Of a stretch of 63,393 bases of DNA, positions 57,081 to 63,393 are shown piece after piece. The notes beneath the pieces are model-generated. The model was not told where the DNA came from and did not search any database. It saw nothing but the letters and a program-made list of their open reading frames with translations. Positions within the stretch are counted from its first letter, which is position 1; the number at the start of each line of letters is the position of its first letter. A program made the position numbers and the translations under genes. Source of the stretch: a virus (lineage: Duplodnaviria > Caudoviricetes); IMG/VR virus record IMGVR_UViG_3300028197_000950, positions 1 to 63,393 of that record, one strand, 5' to 3'.

Positions 57081-57127
57081 GGTGACAAATGCCCCTTATT
57101 CTATAGCTCTAAGGGGTAAATGTCACC
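57081..57127. repeat. Inverted repeat in the divergence zone (candidate origin/operator)
   Basis: GGTGACA-AATGCCCCTTA...TAAGGGGTAAA-TGTCACC. Confidence 0.7.
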
Positions 57128-57319
57128 CTATTTAGATATATATAAGTAAAGTACTGCAATATCAAATTTTTATTTTGTATTTTTTAGCAAAGTCAGTTTT
57201 ATATTTCGGGGTTCCCATCGTTTTCACGATTATGTTTTGTATATATGCGAATAATCGATACGATATTGCGGCAGAGTTTTAGGCTTCAGCGTTTCACATT
57301 GTTATATATACTAACTAGT

Positions 57320-57350
57320 ACATACTATATACGACGACATGTGGATAATA
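57320..57350 (+). promoter_or_regulatory. Class A motif (variant ACATACTATATACGA-N9-GATAATA)
   Basis: First copy of the early arm. Confidence 0.6.
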
Positions 57351-57398
57351 ATAATGTAACTACGAAAGATACAAACTAAACTAATAAATAAATAACAT

Positions 57399-57494
57399 AT
57401 GACTAATATAATAAATAAACTTACATCACTCGAAATAGTATTACCAATAATCTTTATCACTTATGAATTAATGTTCTTAATATATATAATGTAA
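57399..57494 (+). CDS. 31-aa single-TM micropeptide, not in ORF track
   Basis: MTNIINKLTSLEIVLPIIFITYELMFLIYIM after an A-rich leader. Confidence 0.45.
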   Translation: MTNIINKLTSLEIVLPIIFITYELMFLIYIM

Positions 57495-57559
57495 GATCAT
57501 TAGAGATAATGTGATACACTTAACAACTAATAATAATAATTAAATAAATATACACTTAT

Positions 57560-57590
57560 ACAAACTAAATACGACACTAACAAGATAATA
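57560..57590 (+). promoter_or_regulatory. Class A motif
   Basis: Exact consensus. Confidence 0.75.
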
Positions 57591-57621
57591 ATAATAACTA
57601 AACTAAATAAATAATAACAAT

Positions 57622-57858
57622 ATGAAAACTAATAACTTAACAACAAAAAGATTTGTAATAAGAAAATCTTTACTCGGTACAAATACAGTAATAACATTTA
57701 CTAACAAAAAAGATATAACTTTTACTTATGATCATGATGAGATTTACTCAACATTTCAACAAAAGTTTGAAGAAATGCAATGTTTTCAACAGTACAAATC
57801 TTATACAAATAGTAATACTGTTCCAAAATTCTGTAGAGAATTAAGTACTCAGTCTTAA
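57622..57858 (+). CDS. Early hypothetical protein
   Basis: Follows a class A motif. Confidence 0.65.
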   Translation: MKTNNLTTKRFVIRKSLLGTNTVITFTNKKDITFTYDHDEIYSTFQQKFEEMQCFQQYKSYTNSNTVPKFCRELSTQS

Positions 57859-57926
57859 AACTAAAAGTCGAAGTTGATAGTAATACTTTAACGACTATAA
57901 ATAACACGAACATATTACTCGACACA

Positions 57927-57972
57927 TAACTGAAATGGTTGTAAGTGAGATTCGATTTCTCACTCAGTTACA
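57927..57972 (+). ncRNA. tRNA-like acceptor-stem/T-arm element
   Basis: TAACTGA/TCAGTTA stem; GTGAGA-TTCGATT-TCTCAC arm; AATGGT linker; no anticodon arm. Confidence 0.5.
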
Positions 57973-58000
57973 AACTAATTACGACAATCGTAAGATAATA
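57970..58000 (+). promoter_or_regulatory. Class A motif (one mismatch)
   Basis: ACAAACTAATTACGA-N9-GATAATA. Confidence 0.72.
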
Positions 58001-58009
58001 ATAATAACT

Positions 58010-58129
58010 ATGTATAATGAAATAAAAATACTACAAGAGTTTTCAAAGAAAGTCTTTGATATGACTCCAATAACCATCAATCAATTATTGATGATAAAAA
58101 AAGAATTTAATAACTATAAAAATAAATAA
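58010..58129 (+). CDS. Small early protein (39 aa; start revised from 57935)
   Basis: ATG 9 nt after a class A motif. Confidence 0.5.
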   Translation: MYNEIKILQEFSKKVFDMTPITINQLLMIKKEFNNYKNK

Positions 58130-58130
58130 T

Positions 58131-58334
58131 ATGTCTTATAATATAAACTCACCTTCAAACTGGTCATGGTCAAAAGCATTTGACGAAATGGACAAATATG
58201 TTCATCAAACAGAAATGACTCAACAATCTATAAATCACGTAATCGGTTATCCCGGTGAAGCTAATGGTGTCTTTATGTCACTAGATAAATCACAACAAGA
58301 TGATGTTTACGATATACTAAATCAAATACTATGA
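58131..58334 (+). CDS. Early hypothetical protein
   Basis: ORF in operon. Confidence 0.6.
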   Translation: MSYNINSPSNWSWSKAFDEMDKYVHQTEMTQQSINHVIGYPGEANGVFMSLDKSQQDDVYDILNQIL

Positions 58335-58402
58335 ATAAAGAACAGAAACTATTTATAGCAATATTAATTTGCTCAATACTAATAATAATAACAGATGTCG
58401 TT

Positions 58403-58433
58403 ACAAACTAAATACGACAAATAATAGATAATA
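58403..58433 (+). promoter_or_regulatory. Class A motif
   Basis: Exact consensus. Confidence 0.75.
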
Positions 58434-58438
58434 ATAAT

Positions 58439-58657
58439 ATGAATATAAAACAACATAAGCAAAAGCTTAACAAAGAATACAATCAAGCGATTGTCGATAA
58501 AGTACTAAACTCAATGTGGTCAAAGCTCGGTAACGAACTAGATAATGTAATGATCAGTGAAGGTCCTTACTCTGAAACTAATAATGAAATGTTTGACGAT
58601 CAAGATTGTTACGCAGGTATTATACTAAATACTATGAAACTACAATGTGATGAATAA
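58439..58657 (+). CDS. Early hypothetical protein
   Basis: Between a class A motif and the hammerhead. Confidence 0.6.
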   Translation: MNIKQHKQKLNKEYNQAIVDKVLNSMWSKLGNELDNVMISEGPYSETNNEMFDDQDCYAGIILNTMKLQCDE

Positions 58658-58707
58658 GTTTAACTGATGAGAGTTTAATACTCGAAACTACGTAAGTAGT
58701 CTTAAAC
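58658..58707 (+). ncRNA. Type I hammerhead ribozyme
   Basis: GTTTAA-CTGATGA-GAGT(TTAAT)ACTC-GAAA-CTAC(GTAA)GTAG-TC-TTAAAC: all core nucleotides, three stems, GUC cleavage triplet. Confidence 0.93.
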
Positions 58708-58725
58708 AATAATAACTAACTAAAT

Positions 58726-58962
58726 ATGAAAAAAATAATAATAAGTATTGCTGCACTCGGCGCAATGTCATTCACAAGTAATCAATTATATTACTCAACT
58801 CAACTAGTCTATGCTATGAATAACATAGAAGATATGAAAGAGTGGATTATACAAGATGTTGAAAACAATAAAATTGATAGTGTATATGCAGAGTTTTACT
58901 TTGAAACACTAGATGAAACTCACGGTTTTATTAATGACTTTTTCGAGCACGAATGCAAATAA
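58726..58962 (+). CDS. Small protein with an N-terminal signal peptide
   Basis: MKKIIISIAALGAMSFT followed by an acidic body. Confidence 0.65.
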   Translation: MKKIIISIAALGAMSFTSNQLYYSTQLVYAMNNIEDMKEWIIQDVENNKIDSVYAEFYFETLDETHGFINDFFEHECK

Positions 58963-58992
58963 CAAACTAAATACGAACACTAATAGATAATA
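58962..58992 (+). promoter_or_regulatory. Class A motif
   Basis: Exact consensus. Confidence 0.75.
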
Positions 58993-59014
58993 ATAATATA
59001 ATAAATAAATAAAT

Positions 59015-59188
59015 ATGAATAAAAAAACAATAACATCAATCACAGGATTACTAATGATAGTAGTTCTAGCAATGGCAACATCATGCTCAACTACACAATA
59101 TGCTAATAAAACATACGCTAAAAAGAAGTTTAACGGTAAGATTACTGCTCGTGCTCATCACTACAATGCTTGTCCAGCTTACCAATAA
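59015..59188 (+). CDS. Small putative lipoprotein (57 aa), not in ORF track
   Basis: MNKK, hydrophobic stretch, lipobox-like ATSC. Confidence 0.65.
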   Translation: MNKKTITSITGLLMIVVLAMATSCSTTQYANKTYAKKKFNGKITARAHHYNACPAYQ

Positions 59189-59197
59189 AATATAATT

Positions 59198-59368
59198 ATG
59201 ACTGAACAGCAAAAAATAGAAGCAATCGCTCAAGATATACAAGATGGTATCTACGGTTGGACACAGAAATGTGGAACAGAGTGGCAGAAGTGGACATACT
59301 CATTAATGCAAGCTAAAAAAATATATGAAGGTGATTTAATAATAAGTTTAAGTATAGAAAATGAATAG
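59198..59368 (+). CDS. Small early protein (56 aa), not in ORF track
   Basis: MTEQQKIEAIAQDIQDGIYGW...; fills the gap. Confidence 0.55.
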   Translation: MTEQQKIEAIAQDIQDGIYGWTQKCGTEWQKWTYSLMQAKKIYEGDLIISLSIENE

Positions 59369-59552
59369 AGATAGAGAATGGGATTTTATGGAAGAACATA
59401 GAGAGCTAATGAAAACAGAAGATGAAAGATCTTTACTAGCAACTTTTGGAATAGTAGTTAGAGAACTAGCTATTAAGTATCCTAATAACCAAGAATTAGG
59501 TGCAGAAGTAAGAGAATTAATACAAGATTACAAACTAAATACGAATAGCTAA
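59361..59552 (+). CDS. Early hypothetical protein with YPNNQELGAEVR motif
   Basis: ORF in operon. Confidence 0.6.
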   Translation: MNRDREWDFMEEHRELMKTEDERSLLATFGIVVRELAIKYPNNQELGAEVRELIQDYKLNTNS

Positions 59553-59560
59553 AGATAATA
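59530..59560 (+). promoter_or_regulatory. Class A motif
   Basis: Exact consensus. Confidence 0.75.
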
Positions 59561-59565
59561 ACAAT

Positions 59566-59709
59566 ATGAAAACAATTAAATTTTACCCAAGCGACAGGTC
59601 TCTAATGAGATTAGATGGCAAATTACTAAAAGGTTACACTATAGATAGTATACCAGACAATATAAACTCATGGTTTAACTATAAAGGTCTAACATTTGTA
59701 ACAAGTTAA
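59566..59709 (+). CDS. Small early protein (47 aa), not in ORF track
   Basis: ATG 5 nt after a class A motif. Confidence 0.55.
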   Translation: MKTIKFYPSDRSLMRLDGKLLKGYTIDSIPDNINSWFNYKGLTFVTS

Positions 59710-59760
59710 CGGACATGAGTGTGATGTTGTAACTCGATCCAAAAACATACGAGCGTTAAC

Positions 59761-59801
59761 TCGCGATAGCTCATACTTAACCAGTATGGGCTTTTCGTGG
59801 T
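59761..59801 (+). promoter_or_regulatory. Conserved start-abutting RNA hairpin, copy 1
   Basis: TCGCGA-T-AGCTCATACT(TAACC)AGTATGGGCT-TT-TCGTGG-T-ATG. Confidence 0.65.
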
Positions 59802-60239
59802 ATGAAATGTAACCACAATATTCCACAAGCAAGATTAGATCTTGGCTATAAAGTATGTATCGATTGTAGTACAGTAGAAAAACTCGGCTGTATCGACACT
59901 ATAAATCATAAAACTGGCAATACTATTCAAGTAATGTCACATGAAGATGCAGAAAAAGCCAATAAGTTAACAAAACGAGCAGGTTTTGGTATACTAAGAT
60001 CTATGGCTAATGGTTCAAGTCAACGTAAAGCTAATATGATCACTGGATGCTCAACTACTTATGTAGGTAACGACGTTATGTTCGAGCAAATAGGTAAAAC
60101 TTACATGGATTATTTAGAAGTTGATGAAGAAATTGCCCAGCGCTATCTCGATCGAGCGCTAAACAATGCAGATATATCTGAAAACCAATATAATAAGATA
60201 AAAATGCTTTGTAACAGACTAAATACGATCACTATTTGA
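59802..60239 (+). CDS. Protein with an N-terminal DksA/TraR-like zinc-finger segment
   Basis: C...IPQARLDLGYKVCIDCS. Confidence 0.6.
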   Translation: MKCNHNIPQARLDLGYKVCIDCSTVEKLGCIDTINHKTGNTIQVMSHEDAEKANKLTKRAGFGILRSMANGSSQRKANMITGCSTTYVGNDVMFEQIGKTYMDYLEVDEEIAQRYLDRALNNADISENQYNKIKMLCNRLNTITI

Positions 60240-60244
60240 TAATA
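60214..60244 (+). promoter_or_regulatory. Class A motif (one mismatch)
   Basis: ACAGACTAAATACGA-N9-GATAATA. Confidence 0.7.
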
Positions 60245-60258
60245 TATTAAACAAATAT

Positions 60259-60405
60259 ATGAATAAAATAACAAAACAGCTCGAAAACTTGTACTCTTGG
60301 ACAAAATTCTATCAAGATCGAGCAGATAAAGAAGCAATTAGAAAATGTCAAACTGAAATCGCGCAGTTGAAACAAGCGTTTAATCAATTGAAATCTAAAA
60401 AATGA
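60259..60405 (+). CDS. Small early protein (48 aa), not in ORF track
   Basis: Follows a class A motif; ATGA-coupled to 60402. Confidence 0.55.
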   Translation: MNKITKQLENLYSWTKFYQDRADKEAIRKCQTEIAQLKQAFNQLKSKK

Positions 60406-60686
60406 AAGATACTAATGCAATAGATAAAGCTATTAGACAAAAATGTGAAAAAGAAATATGGTTTATAGTTGATAGTTTCTTAAATGAAATAGAAACTAAA
60501 TTAAGAGGTGAATATAATAACTCTAGTTTTTACTATTTAAATGCTCCTAATTCAAAAGTTAAATTCACTGTAATGGGTATGGAACAACTTAAAACTGTAT
60601 TAAACAATATGTTAATAGAAGGTCACATAGAATCTATGTTGAGTATAAAATCACGAGAATTAATCAAAAAACTTGAATTATTATGA
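60402..60686 (+). CDS. Early hypothetical protein
   Basis: ORF in operon. Confidence 0.6.
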   Translation: MKDTNAIDKAIRQKCEKEIWFIVDSFLNEIETKLRGEYNNSSFYYLNAPNSKVKFTVMGMEQLKTVLNNMLIEGHIESMLSIKSRELIKKLELL

Positions 60687-60988
60687 AAAATAGAACACTA
60701 AACGAAATTAGACAATCAAAAGAGTATCAACAAGCCGTTAAATCAGGAAATAATCTAGATTTAAATGTTGATGTAGCTATAGATGAAATAGTAGATAATC
60801 TTAATACTCACATGTTTGATATAATATTTCAAGCAGTAAATGATGAAATGCATAAGTATACTGTGTTTCAAGAACAAACTTATCTAACTGATGAAGGTAT
60901 GGATATGTTTGAAGAGCAATGGTTCGAGTTTTATCATGAGCATCACGGTGAAATTCTAGGTAAAATAATGAAAACTCTTACAAACTAA
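60683..60988 (+). CDS. Early acidic hypothetical protein
   Basis: Stop lies inside a class A motif. Confidence 0.6.
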   Translation: MKNRTLNEIRQSKEYQQAVKSGNNLDLNVDVAIDEIVDNLNTHMFDIIFQAVNDEMHKYTVFQEQTYLTDEGMDMFEEQWFEFYHEHHGEILGKIMKTLTN

Positions 60989-61010
60989 ATACGAACACTT
61001 AAAGATAATA
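60980..61010 (+). promoter_or_regulatory. Class A motif
   Basis: Exact consensus. Confidence 0.75.
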
Positions 61011-61015
61011 CATAT

Positions 61016-61156
61016 ATGAATGATATAATAAAACAAACTCTTACAGAAAAGATAGACTCTCTAACTAAGTCTGTGTGGGGTGTTAGCAATGATGAGCTAA
61101 CAGAAATAGTCTATAAAATAGACAAGCTAAAACAACAATTAAAACTAATAAAATGA
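61016..61156 (+). CDS. Small early protein (46 aa), not in ORF track
   Basis: ATG 5 nt after a class A motif; coupled to 61153. Confidence 0.55.
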   Translation: MNDIIKQTLTEKIDSLTKSVWGVSNDELTEIVYKIDKLKQQLKLIK

Positions 61157-61500
61157 CAGAAGAAAAACTAGCTTTAGAAACATTAAAAGCACTAGGTGTT
61201 AAAGATACATCAAGTCCATCTCAAACAAAAAGAGGTACAACTTGTTTTACTTTACCGACAGGTGATTGTGTGTCTGAGCACAAAACAGGTTATATTAGAA
61301 AAAATCTACTAAATAAAAACGGTGGAATATATACTTGTTATCAACTAAATCCACAATACAAGACAATTGAAAAGTCTATAAACTGGAACGGTGAAGAGCG
61401 TACTTTTGATAGAAACAACAGAATGTTGATATGGAACAGAGCTGAAAGACTAAAAAGATTAGTTCTTTACACAATAAAAAAAATAAACGAAACTAAATAA
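61153..61500 (+). CDS. Early hypothetical protein
   Basis: ORF in operon. Confidence 0.6.
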   Translation: MTEEKLALETLKALGVKDTSSPSQTKRGTTCFTLPTGDCVSEHKTGYIRKNLLNKNGGIYTCYQLNPQYKTIEKSINWNGEERTFDRNNRMLIWNRAERLKRLVLYTIKKINETK

Positions 61501-61501
61501 T

Positions 61502-61942
61502 ATGACAATAACTGAAGAAAAAATGATAAAAATAGCTAAGCAAGCACTTGGTTTAGAAATAACTGATAGCTTTGATACAAGCTGTGACTTATACTGCTAC
61601 AATGAATCTACTGTAGATGGCTATGACGTATGGGTATTAACTCATAGCTTGAATGATATAAATGTATGTGAAAACGTATATTACTATGAAGGTGACTTAG
61701 CATCTGCTGTTATGGAAGAAATTCAATACAACGGCGGTAGCGAAACTCTATTACATATGGATAGCTACTTGTGGGACGACTTATATATGGACGATCAAAT
61801 GCTTGAATATTTCGGTGAAACTATCGATGATATTATTGAAAACAATGATGAAGAAGGCTATGGTTTAACTAAAGCTGAAATACAAGAATTAAAAGATGAA
61901 CATGGCTTAGAAGCCGAAGAAATTGAAGAAACTGTTAGTTAG
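61502..61942 (+). CDS. Highly acidic early protein
   Basis: Strong Asp/Glu excess. Confidence 0.62.
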   Translation: MTITEEKMIKIAKQALGLEITDSFDTSCDLYCYNESTVDGYDVWVLTHSLNDINVCENVYYYEGDLASAVMEEIQYNGGSETLLHMDSYLWDDLYMDDQMLEYFGETIDDIIENNDEEGYGLTKAEIQELKDEHGLEAEEIEETVS

Positions 61943-61960
61943 TTAATAGTAGTTTAGTTT

Positions 61961-62024
61961 CCACGTTAGCTCGTACTTTCCCTTCGGCGTAAGCCCACAG
62001 GTGACGGTACGGGCTTTTCGTGGT
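61961..62024 (+). promoter_or_regulatory. Conserved start-abutting RNA hairpin, copy 2
   Basis: CCACG-TT-AGCTCGTACT...GGC(GTAA)GCC...GGTACGGGCT-TTT-CGTGG-T-ATG. Confidence 0.65.
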
Positions 62025-62240
62025 ATGAATAATATAGGAATAATGCAAGCGTTTATGTTACTAGGTGACTTAGACACTAAACAAGAGGACAAGCTAAGCA
62101 ATAAAGCTATAGCTTATAAAGAAAGAATAGTTTTCTCTACAATGAGAGCTAGTATACCTGGTTGGCAACCGCCAAGTAACTGGAATAGTTTAACTAATAA
62201 AGAAAAACTAAAAAGACTTGATAAACTACAATCAGTATAA
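62025..62240 (+). CDS. Early hypothetical protein (start revised from GTG 62001)
   Basis: ATG in the same hairpin context as 59802. Confidence 0.6.
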   Translation: MNNIGIMQAFMLLGDLDTKQEDKLSNKAIAYKERIVFSTMRASIPGWQPPSNWNSLTNKEKLKRLDKLQSV

Positions 62241-62242
62241 TT

Positions 62243-62273
62243 ACAAACTAAATACGATAACTAACAGATAATA
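62243..62273 (+). promoter_or_regulatory. Class A motif
   Basis: Exact consensus. Confidence 0.75.
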
Positions 62274-62278
62274 TTATT

Positions 62279-62587
62279 ATGATGAACGAAGACGAAATAG
62301 AAAGACTAGCTGACTTGTTGTTCGATAGAATAATGGAAAAGCAAGAAGAAGCAGACAGAGAGTATGCTGAACAAATAGTTAAATTAGCTAAAGATGGTTA
62401 TGTAGTAAATGACATAACTGACAAACTAGAACTCAATGAAGAAGAAAAACTAGTAGGTGAATTAGCTAAAATGCAGACAATTATGATGATTCTCGAAGAC
62501 AGAGAAGAATATGAAAAAGCTGCAGTAATACAAAAGAAAATTAAAAATATAAACAAGAAATTAAATAATGGATCAGGAAGATATTAA
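62279..62587 (+). CDS. Protein with a C-terminal UVR-like motif
   Basis: EDREEYEKAAVIQKKI. Confidence 0.55.
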   Translation: MMNEDEIERLADLLFDRIMEKQEEADREYAEQIVKLAKDGYVVNDITDKLELNEEEKLVGELAKMQTIMMILEDREEYEKAAVIQKKIKNINKKLNNGSGRY

Positions 62588-63393
62588 AGCAATGCTAGCG
62601 CATAAGTACAATGAAGATAAAGCAGATTATCCTGCGTTTATACAACCAAAACTAGATGGCGTACGCTGTTTATTTACTGCAAAAGGCGCTGTCTCTCGTG
62701 CTAACAATCAATTTATGAATGTACAGCATATAGAACAAGCTTTAAAGCCTTTCTTTGCAAAGAATCCTACAGCTATTCTTGACGGCGAATTATACAATCA
62801 CGGCCTAAAAGATGACTTTGAAAAGATTATATCTCTTGTAAAGAAGAAAAAACCAACAGATGATGACAGGCTTGAAGCAGCTGAACTAGTAGAATATCAC
62901 ATTTATGATGTGGCTAGTATGTCAATAGCTAATTATACTACAAGATTAAATTATATAAATTCAATATCAAACTTTCAATGGAATCATATACTACGTAGAG
63001 TTGACACTAAAGTTGCATTAGACTTTGACGATGCTCTTAAAATGCACAATAAAAACCTTAAACTAGGTTATGAAGGCAGTATATACAGATCATTTGAAGG
63101 CAAATACAAAGGTACAAGATCATGGGATCTTATGAAGTTTAAAGACTTTCACGATGCAGAAGCTCATATCGTAGGTTACGAAGAAGGTAAAGGCAAGCGC
63201 GAAGGTACACTAGGTAAATTCTTTATGCAAGATGATGACGGAAATAAGTTCGGTTGTCCTCCAGGTAAAGGATACAATTACAAAGACTTAGCTAATATGC
63301 TAGAAAATATACACGACTACATCGGTCAGTATGCTACATTTACATACTTCGAGCGAACTAAAGCAGGTAGTTACAGACATCCACATTATAAAG
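62568..63393 (+). CDS. ATP-dependent DNA ligase (runs off the end, finishes at 163); missed by ORF track
   Basis: QPKLDGVR (motif I), ILDGEL (III), YHIYDV (IIIa), YEGSIYR (IV), LMKFK (V). Confidence 0.92.
   Translation, partial: MDQEDIKAMLAHKYNEDKADYPAFIQPKLDGVRCLFTAKGAVSRANNQFMNVQHIEQALKPFFAKNPTAILDGELYNHGLKDDFEKIISLVKKKKPTDDDRLEAAELVEYHIYDVASMSIANYTTRLNYINSISNFQWNHILRRVDTKVALDFDDALKMHNKNLKLGYEGSIYRSFEGKYKGTRSWDLMKFKDFHDAEAHIVGYEEGKGKREGTLGKFFMQDDDGNKFGCPPGKGYNYKDLANMLENIHDYIGQYATFTYFERTKAGSYRHPHYK
63251..63393 (+). repeat. Terminal overlap, copy 2
   Basis: Matches 1-143 with two substitutions. Confidence 0.95.

Larger units (their letters stand above)
1..63393. mobile_element. Complete circularly permuted tailed-phage genome, probably infecting Bacteroidota/Flavobacteriia
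   Basis: Terminase, portal, capsid, tail, lysis and replication genes in two divergent arms; terminal 143-nt overlap; no Shine-Dalgarno motifs before starts. Host assignment is inference. Confidence 0.9.

Noticed and set aside
57927-57972. Canonical tRNA gene
   Set aside because: Only about 45 nt, with no D stem or anticodon arm.
164-60337. Antisense and alternate-frame ORFs in the track (e.g. 164-412, 1722-1967, 10670-11002, 18455-18811, 30953-31402, 38941-39468, 49785-50102)
   Set aside because: They shadow well-supported genes, oppose or duplicate the operon direction, and have compositions expected from reverse-complemented Lys/Glu/Ala codons.
57320-62273. Class A repeats as a CRISPR array or integron attC array
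   Set aside because: Copies are separated by hundreds of nt of coding sequence, have a variable internal spacer and are not palindromic; no cas or integrase gene is present.
1-63393. Stop-codon reassignment as in some crAss-like phages
   Set aside because: Long genes are intact under the standard code, and TAG and TGA both act as terminal stops.

Overview
The window appears to be a complete, circularly permuted genome (about 63.25 kb unique; the first 143 nt recur at 63251-63393) of an AT-rich tailed phage. The host is probably a marine Bacteroidota/Flavobacteriia, inferred from A-rich leaders lacking Shine-Dalgarno sequences and a gene set reminiscent of Cellulophaga phi38:1-like environmental phages. 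Plus-strand arm (57.4 kb through the junction to 10.6 kb): many small early ORFs, ATP-dependent DNA ligase, HTH protein, sigma-70-family factor, ERF recombinase, exonuclease, SSB, Twinkle-like primase-helicase, a thymidylate-synthase homolog with the dCMP-specific Asp, MazG-like enzymes, an endonuclease and a class II RNR. Minus-strand arm (57.0 down to 10.7 kb): fibre proteins, GroEL and two GroES-like genes, Lys-rich proteins, lysis genes, terminase, portal, scaffold, major capsid protein, tail proteins and a 3165-aa polyvalent protein. I recognised no DNA polymerase, integrase, canonical tRNA or CRISPR array. The most unusual signals are non-coding. (1) A roughly 470-nt ORF-free, structured and repeat-bearing segment directly downstream of a promoter motif inside the structural operon (30500-30980). 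(2) A type I hammerhead ribozyme (58658-58707). (3) A tRNA-like acceptor/T-arm fold, a pseudoknot and two covarying start-codon-abutting hairpins in the early region. (4) Ten copies of ACAAACTAAATACGA-N9-GATAATA and five of GTAAAT-N14-GTRAT. At protein level, a DGAS motif recurs across otherwise unrelated Lys-rich late proteins. All product calls come from motif recognition by eye, not from database searches.
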